From assembly GCA_947570175.1 (NCBI GenBank), contig CANOTJ010000003.1, positions 24,083 through 88,082 on the forward strand: DNA of 64,000 nt, written 5' to 3'. Positions 58,640 to 64,000 of the stretch are shown one piece after another. Position 1 is the first letter of the stretch. Every line of letters begins with the position of its first letter. The position numbers and the translations under genes were made by a program. Under the pieces are notes generated by a model, which worked only from the letters and a program-made list of their open reading frames with translations, did not search any database and was not told where the DNA came from. The DNA comes from an uncultured Mycoplasmatota bacterium. Its GTDB lineage: Bacteria; Bacillota_I; Bacilli_A; RF39; UBA660.

Positions 58640-60472
58640 ATGATAGGGAGTTTTTTATTTCAAATATGTAGTTTAATTTATATTTTATTAATTTCTGCTA
58701 TATATTTTTATAAAAAAAGAATCAATACAATCGAAAATAACATTTATAAGTTGCTAATATTTTTTGATATTATTATATTAATTATAGATTTAACCAGTGT
58801 AACTTTAATTTATAATATGGACATTTTCCCGATTTTGAATATAATTTTTGCTAAATTATTTTTGGTTTCTTTAATAGTGTGGGAGATTATTCTAACAATT
58901 TATGTTTTTACTATATCTTGCAATGAAAATGAAAATGAGAAAAAAATATGTAAAAAAATCAGTATTTATGGTCTTTCTTTTTTAGTTTTTAGTGTTTTAG
59001 CTATTATTTTTCTCCCACTACATTTTATGCGAGAAACAAATTATGTATATTCGTATGGATTAGCAGCCCAATTTACATATATCGCAACAGCTTTTTTAAT
59101 AGCAGTTTGGATTATCAGATTATTAAGAAGATTAAAATATGTTAAAAGAAAAAAGTGTACTCCTATTGTTTCCTATGTTATATTAACAATAATAGGAGCT
59201 ATGCTTCAGTTTTATATACCACAACTTTTAGTAGTTTCTTTTGTGTCTACTTTTGTAACAGCATTAATGTACTTTACTATCGAAAATCCGGATGTAAAAA
59301 TGATAGAACAATTAAACATTGCTCGTGATCAAGCTGAAAAAGCAAATAATGCAAAATCAGAATTTTTATCCAACATGTCCCATGAAATTCGAACACCATT
59401 AAATGCAATTGTTGGATTTTCTCAAGCATTAGAAGCAGAAAATCTTCCAGAGGAAGCCAAAGAAGAAGTACAAGATATTATTATGGCCTCCCAAAGTTTA
59501 CTAGAAATTGTAAACGGAATTTTAGATATTTCTAAAATAGAAGCAAATAAACTTGAAATTGTGAATGCGGAATACGATTTTAATCGTATTTTAGAGGAAC
59601 TTGTCGCGCTTTCAAAGGCGAGGCTTGGAGATAAACCATTAGAATTTAGAACTAGTTTTGATCCTACCATTCCAGCAGTTTTATATGGAGATCATACAAG
59701 AATCAAACAAGTAATCCTAAATATTTTAACTAACGCTATAAAATATACACATGAAGGACATATTGATTTTAAAGTAAATTCTGTTATCAGTGGAAATATC
59801 TGCCGATTAATCATATCAGTTGAAGATACTGGAATTGGAATTAAACAAGAAAATATCAGTAAGTTATTTTCTAAATTTGAACGATTTGATTTAGAACAAA
59901 ATATTACAATAGAGGGAACTGGCTTAGGACTTGCTATTACAAAAAAATTAATTGATTTAATGCAAGGAAAAATCGTCGTACAAAGTGTCTACGGAAAAGG
60001 TTCTAAATTCATAATTGCCATCGACCAAAAAGTAGTAAAAACTCCAACTATTAAAATTGAGGAAAAGAAAACAGTATCAGAGATAACAAAAAAAGATTTC
60101 ACTGGTAAAAAAATACTAGTAGTTGATGATAATAAAATGAATTTAAAAGTCGCAACGAGATTATTACAAGACTACCAAGTAGAAATAGAAACAATTGATA
60201 ATGGCTTTGAATGCATAGAAAAAATTAAAAACCAGGAACACTTTGATTTAATTTTAATGGACGATATGATGCCAAAAATGACAGGAAGTGAAACACTACA
60301 GAAATTAAAAGAGATAGAAGGATATCATATTCCAACAATTGCTCTTACCGCTAACGCCATATCTGGAATGAAAGAAAAATATATAAGTGCAGGCTTTGAC
60401 GATTACTTGTCAAAACCAATTGACAAATTAGAATTAAATCGTGTAATTAATGAAATATTAAACAAATCTTAA
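58640..60472 (+). CDS. Membrane hybrid histidine kinase (HisKA-HATPase-REC)
   Basis: [40 protein letters not shown]. Confidence 0.95.
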   Translation: MIGSFLFQICSLIYILLISAIYFYKKRINTIENNIYKLLIFFDIIILIIDLTSVTLIYNMDIFPILNIIFAKLFLVSLIVWEIILTIYVFTISCNENENEKKICKKISIYGLSFLVFSVLAIIFLPLHFMRETNYVYSYGLAAQFTYIATAFLIAVWIIRLLRRLKYVKRKKCTPIVSYVILTIIGAMLQFYIPQLLVVSFVSTFVTALMYFTIENPDVKMIEQLNIARDQAEKANNAKSEFLSNMSHEIRTPLNAIVGFSQALEAENLPEEAKEEVQDIIMASQSLLEIVNGILDISKIEANKLEIVNAEYDFNRILEELVALSKARLGDKPLEFRTSFDPTIPAVLYGDHTRIKQVILNILTNAIKYTHEGHIDFKVNSVISGNICRLIISVEDTGIGIKQENISKLFSKFERFDLEQNITIEGTGLGLAITKKLIDLMQGKIVVQSVYGKGSKFIIAIDQKVVKTPTIKIEEKKTVSEITKKDFTGKKILVVDDNKMNLKVATRLLQDYQVEIETIDNGFECIEKIKNQEHFDLILMDDMMPKMTGSETLQKLKEIEGYHIPTIALTANAISGMKEKYISAGFDDYLSKPIDKLELNRVINEILNKS

Positions 60473-60505
60473 AAAAATATGTTATAATTTAAATTAGATA
60501 AGGAT

Positions 60506-61297
60506 GTGAATAAAATGAAAGATACAAATTTATTAATCAGTAATGGAGTAGATATTAATAGTAGTTTAGAATTGTTTGGAGATATAGATACATATAACGA
60601 AACCCTAGAAGACTTTAACGAATCTGTTGATGAAAAAATCAAACAAATTAACGCTTATAAAGAAGCTTCTGATATGGCAAATTATGCTATCTTAGTTCAT
60701 TCATTAAAAAGTGATTCTAGATATTTAGGATTTACAAAACTAGCAGATCTTTCTTATCAACATGAAATGGAAAGTAAAGCAAATAATGTTAACTTTGTTT
60801 ATGAAAATTTTGATGAATTAATGGTAGAAGCAAAAAGAATCGTTAATTTAGTTAGACAATATTTAGGAAAAGAATTTGAAGTAGTTACTAATGAAACTGC
60901 AAAACAACCAATCAAAATAAAAGAAAAAGCAATTTTAGTAGTAGATGATTCTAACTTAGTTCGTAATTTAATTCAAAAAGTATTTGATGATGAATTTGAG
61001 GTAATTCCAGCAAATGACGGAAAAGAAGCAATTGATTTTATCGAATCCAATGATACAAAAAATGTTTTAGGAATCCTTTTGGATTTAAATATGCCAAATG
61101 TAAATGGATTTGAAGTATTAAATTATTTTAAAGAACATAATTTATTTACACAAATTCCCGTAGCGATTATTACAGGAGATGATTCTAAAGAATCTATTAA
61201 TAAGGCGTTCGAATATCCAATTGTAGATGTATTAAATAAACCATTTAATGAACGAGATGTAAAAAGAATTTTAACAAGCATTACTAATTTCAATTAA
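60506..61297 (+). CDS. Hpt plus receiver domain protein
   Basis: VHSLKSDSRYLG (Hpt); LVVDD, LLDLNMP, NKPF (REC). Confidence 0.88.
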   Translation: MNKMKDTNLLISNGVDINSSLELFGDIDTYNETLEDFNESVDEKIKQINAYKEASDMANYAILVHSLKSDSRYLGFTKLADLSYQHEMESKANNVNFVYENFDELMVEAKRIVNLVRQYLGKEFEVVTNETAKQPIKIKEKAILVVDDSNLVRNLIQKVFDDEFEVIPANDGKEAIDFIESNDTKNVLGILLDLNMPNVNGFEVLNYFKEHNLFTQIPVAIITGDDSKESINKAFEYPIVDVLNKPFNERDVKRILTSITNFN

Positions 61298-61362
61298 GAC
61301 TATTCTAGTCTTTTTTTGTCTTTTTTTGAAGAAAATGCTACAATATAATTGGAGGAATTCTT

Positions 61363-63855
61363 ATGGAGAAAAAAACAGAAGAGGAAATATGGAAATTACC
61401 TCTAAATCAATTGATATTATACCTAAAAAGAGAATCAATAGAAAATTTAGAAATACTCATCAAAGATAAGAAAACTATTTTAAATCAGCCAAGTCATATT
61501 TTTAACATTATCTTTTTTAATATACCCAGTACTATTAAAATAGCTATGTTTCAAGACTTTGAATATTTACAAAAAATCACTAAAATTCCTAAAAATAAAT
61601 TAGGAAGAAGCTTTTTTGCTCTTTTAGAAGTACAAGAACAAATTCAATTTTTGAAGCAAAAAAGATATTTAGATTGTGACTTGCTAATAAGATGCATAAA
61701 AGAAATCAATGAAAAAGATCTAGATTTATTTACAAAGGAGATTTCATTTACTCAAGAAGAAAATGACTTTTTATTAGAACACTTAAAAGCAAAATATCAA
61801 ATCGATTCTACCTTATCAAAAGATATAGCTGGACAAATTCAACAAGGAAATAGAAATATATTTTATTATTACCAAACAAATAATCAAGACGAATTATTTT
61901 TATATCATAAATTTAATCTTTTAATTAAAACAAAAGAGTATGAAAATGATGACAAAATTATCTGTTTTCATAATCATTGTTTAGTAGATAAAAGCTATTT
62001 AAAAAAGCTGAGCGCAAAACATTTAAAAACAATTTTAAAAGAATTGCAACAAAAAAGCACAGATCCAATAAATAATGCAAATTTATTTATAGCAGGTCTA
62101 AGATTATATGAGATTTTTGGATTTGATAATGCCATGAAAATAATTCATGATAAATTCTCATTCATGACAAAATCAGCCCTAAAAAAATTCAGTGAATTAG
62201 AATATATAGATACTAGACGACAATTTCGTTTAGAAAATCAGACACAATTTTATAGTTATGAAATGTTGCAAAAAACAAAACAAGCTCTAATAAACAAGAA
62301 TCTTCATTACTTTACAAATATTTGTAAAAACATAGATCCAGAATATTTAAAACAATTTTACTACTATATTCAATCCGAAATAAAAAAAGATCCAGAACAT
62401 GAAGAAGAAATTATTGAAAATATTTTACAAAAAGAAATTAAAGAACGAGAAGCCATTTATAAAGAAAAATATATAAAAAAACGTATGATGTCGCCACTTA
62501 TTAAAAGAGAGCTAATCAGGTATTCAGAACTTTTCAAACTATTAAAAAATGCAAGTGTCACCCCTAAATTAAATGAAAAAGGGAAGGTAATAGTAAACGA
62601 GGAGCTAACAAAATTCCTGTTAGGAAATGAAAAACAAGATAACGATTGTTTATTTCGTCTAGCGCTCAATCGTAAAACATTTGGTTTAGATCAGGGATTA
62701 GAAGTTTTAATAAATTCCTTTCCTATGATTAAAAAGATAGCGGATAGAAAAACCAACAGCTTATCATTATATTCTATTTTAGATGTTATTGATATTTGCA
62801 AAAGTATTGTTTATAAATTGGCTCCCAATGAACAAGATTTAACATTAGAAGCAATCACCAAAATATTAAATAATCATCAATTTTGTACAGAACCAAAAGA
62901 TGTCATATTAAAAAGAGCAAAAAAACTTCATAACGATAGAAAGAAAAAATATCAAGCTAGTATTCCCACTGTTAGTGGAACAACACAAACAGGTATTTCT
63001 TATAAGGTATTAGAATTTGACTCTGAAAAATTAATTACATCAGGTATTGATACCGGCAATTGTCTTAGAGTTGGCGGAAAAGGGGAAGATTTTTTAAAAT
63101 ATTGTATGACTAATGATCATGCTGTTATTGTTGGATTATGGGATCAAGAAGGAAAATTTTATATTTGCCCTTTCATCCGAAATGGAAATGGAATCTATGG
63201 AAACGGTTTAGATCCAAAACCAGCAAGTAATAAAATAAATCAAGAATTAATGGATGCATTAATGAAGTGTACTGAAGAAATTTGCAAAGCAAGTAGTGAA
63301 GATGAAAAAATAGAATATGCAACTATAACAGATTTAAATCAGGAAGAATATTTAAGAAATAAGAATTTAAAATCCATAAAAATTCAAGAATACTTACCAA
63401 TTGGTTCTGTTTTTTACTCTGATTATCACAAAGATGATAAAAATACCTATATTATTTATCAAAATCCATTATTTCAAAATCCAAATTTCTATATACCAAA
63501 ACAAAGATATAAACAAAAACGTTATTCAGATTATATCTATGATTCTAAATTAGAAAAAGATAAAGAACGAATTGAATTATTAATTAATTCTATAAGATAT
63601 GAAAAATTAATCTTATCTTATCCGTCAAATAGTAGCAAAGATTGTAAAATGAAAAGAGAATTTCAACCATTAGAAATTAAAAATTTAAATTATATAATAG
63701 GAAATAAAGATTGGTTTATTGCTATCGATAAATGGAATGGAATTATCTCCGAATGCCTTCCATATGATCCAAGAGCTGCTATAGAATATCAAAACGCCTT
63801 TGCATCATTAGAAAAAAAATATAATGTTCATTTAGAGAGGATGCGATCATATTGA
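61363..63855 (+). CDS. Large hypothetical protein (possible PcfJ-like C-terminal region)
   Basis: 830-aa ORF; GIDTGNCLRVGGKGEDFLKYC motif. Confidence 0.7.
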   Translation: MEKKTEEEIWKLPLNQLILYLKRESIENLEILIKDKKTILNQPSHIFNIIFFNIPSTIKIAMFQDFEYLQKITKIPKNKLGRSFFALLEVQEQIQFLKQKRYLDCDLLIRCIKEINEKDLDLFTKEISFTQEENDFLLEHLKAKYQIDSTLSKDIAGQIQQGNRNIFYYYQTNNQDELFLYHKFNLLIKTKEYENDDKIICFHNHCLVDKSYLKKLSAKHLKTILKELQQKSTDPINNANLFIAGLRLYEIFGFDNAMKIIHDKFSFMTKSALKKFSELEYIDTRRQFRLENQTQFYSYEMLQKTKQALINKNLHYFTNICKNIDPEYLKQFYYYIQSEIKKDPEHEEEIIENILQKEIKEREAIYKEKYIKKRMMSPLIKRELIRYSELFKLLKNASVTPKLNEKGKVIVNEELTKFLLGNEKQDNDCLFRLALNRKTFGLDQGLEVLINSFPMIKKIADRKTNSLSLYSILDVIDICKSIVYKLAPNEQDLTLEAITKILNNHQFCTEPKDVILKRAKKLHNDRKKKYQASIPTVSGTTQTGISYKVLEFDSEKLITSGIDTGNCLRVGGKGEDFLKYCMTNDHAVIVGLWDQEGKFYICPFIRNGNGIYGNGLDPKPASNKINQELMDALMKCTEEICKASSEDEKIEYATITDLNQEEYLRNKNLKSIKIQEYLPIGSVFYSDYHKDDKNTYIIYQNPLFQNPNFYIPKQRYKQKRYSDYIYDSKLEKDKERIELLINSIRYEKLILSYPSNSSKDCKMKREFQPLEIKNLNYIIGNKDWFIAIDKWNGIISECLPYDPRAAIEYQNAFASLEKKYNVHLERMRSY

Positions 63856-64000
63856 AAGAAATAGTGGGAGTTGTTATAGAAAAAATAGATAACTCATCAG
63901 GAATTATTTTAGGGCCAGATCAAAAAGAATACTTTTTCTCCTCTCTAGATATTCTAGATGATACAAAAATAGAAGTTGGAACAAAGGTTGTTTTTAAAGA
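63852..64000 (+). CDS. Cold-shock/OB-fold-like protein, partial
   Basis: TTG start overlapping upstream stop; MKEIVGVV...SGIILGPDQKEYFF...IEVGTKVVF. Confidence 0.55.
   Translation, partial: MKEIVGVVIEKIDNSSGIILGPDQKEYFFSSLDILDDTKIEVGTKVVFK

Noticed and set aside
177-62669. Many short ORFs in the track that overlap longer genes, mostly on the minus strand (e.g. 11664-11993, 16072-16523, 22624-23160, 36693-37004, 59422-59670)
   Set aside because: Shadows of well-supported genes; no RBS or recognisable motifs.
1-64000. tRNA, rRNA, tmRNA, CRISPR arrays, IS transposases
   Set aside because: None recognised by eye; a covariance-model scan would be needed to exclude them formally.

Overview
Very AT-rich Firmicute DNA; gene content suggests a reduced-genome gut Bacilli lineage such as RF39 (inference). 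Bases 1-~30,090 are the right part of a cos-type, HK97-fold siphoviral prophage whose left end, repressor and integrase lie outside the window. It runs through a small-ORF early region, late activator, HNH, terminase, head, tail, lysis and morons. Its right junction appears to fall in the 3' end of a host double-glycine peptide gene downstream of a C39-peptidase ABC transporter. The rest is host chromosome (deoD, M16 peptidases, pilin-like adhesin, rimM-trmD-rplS, lepB, rpsO-pnp, truB, frr, nusB-xseAB-spoIVB, a phosphorelay) with interspersed ORFans. The best candidates for novelty are: (1) a 2,936-bp tyrosine-recombinase cassette inside the prophage, bounded by 124-bp repeats holding 13-6-13 loxP/dif-like sites that look like attL/attR hybrids; (2) a DUF3800 + RlfB-like gene pair with a separately promoted convergent small RNA, bounded by a 77-bp duplication; (3) an orphan PemK/MazF-like moron followed by a self-promoted structured RNA; (4) prophage insertion into a peptide-signal gene next to an orphan LytTR regulator. 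No rRNA, tRNA or CRISPR array was seen. All family calls come from motif recognition by eye, not database searches.
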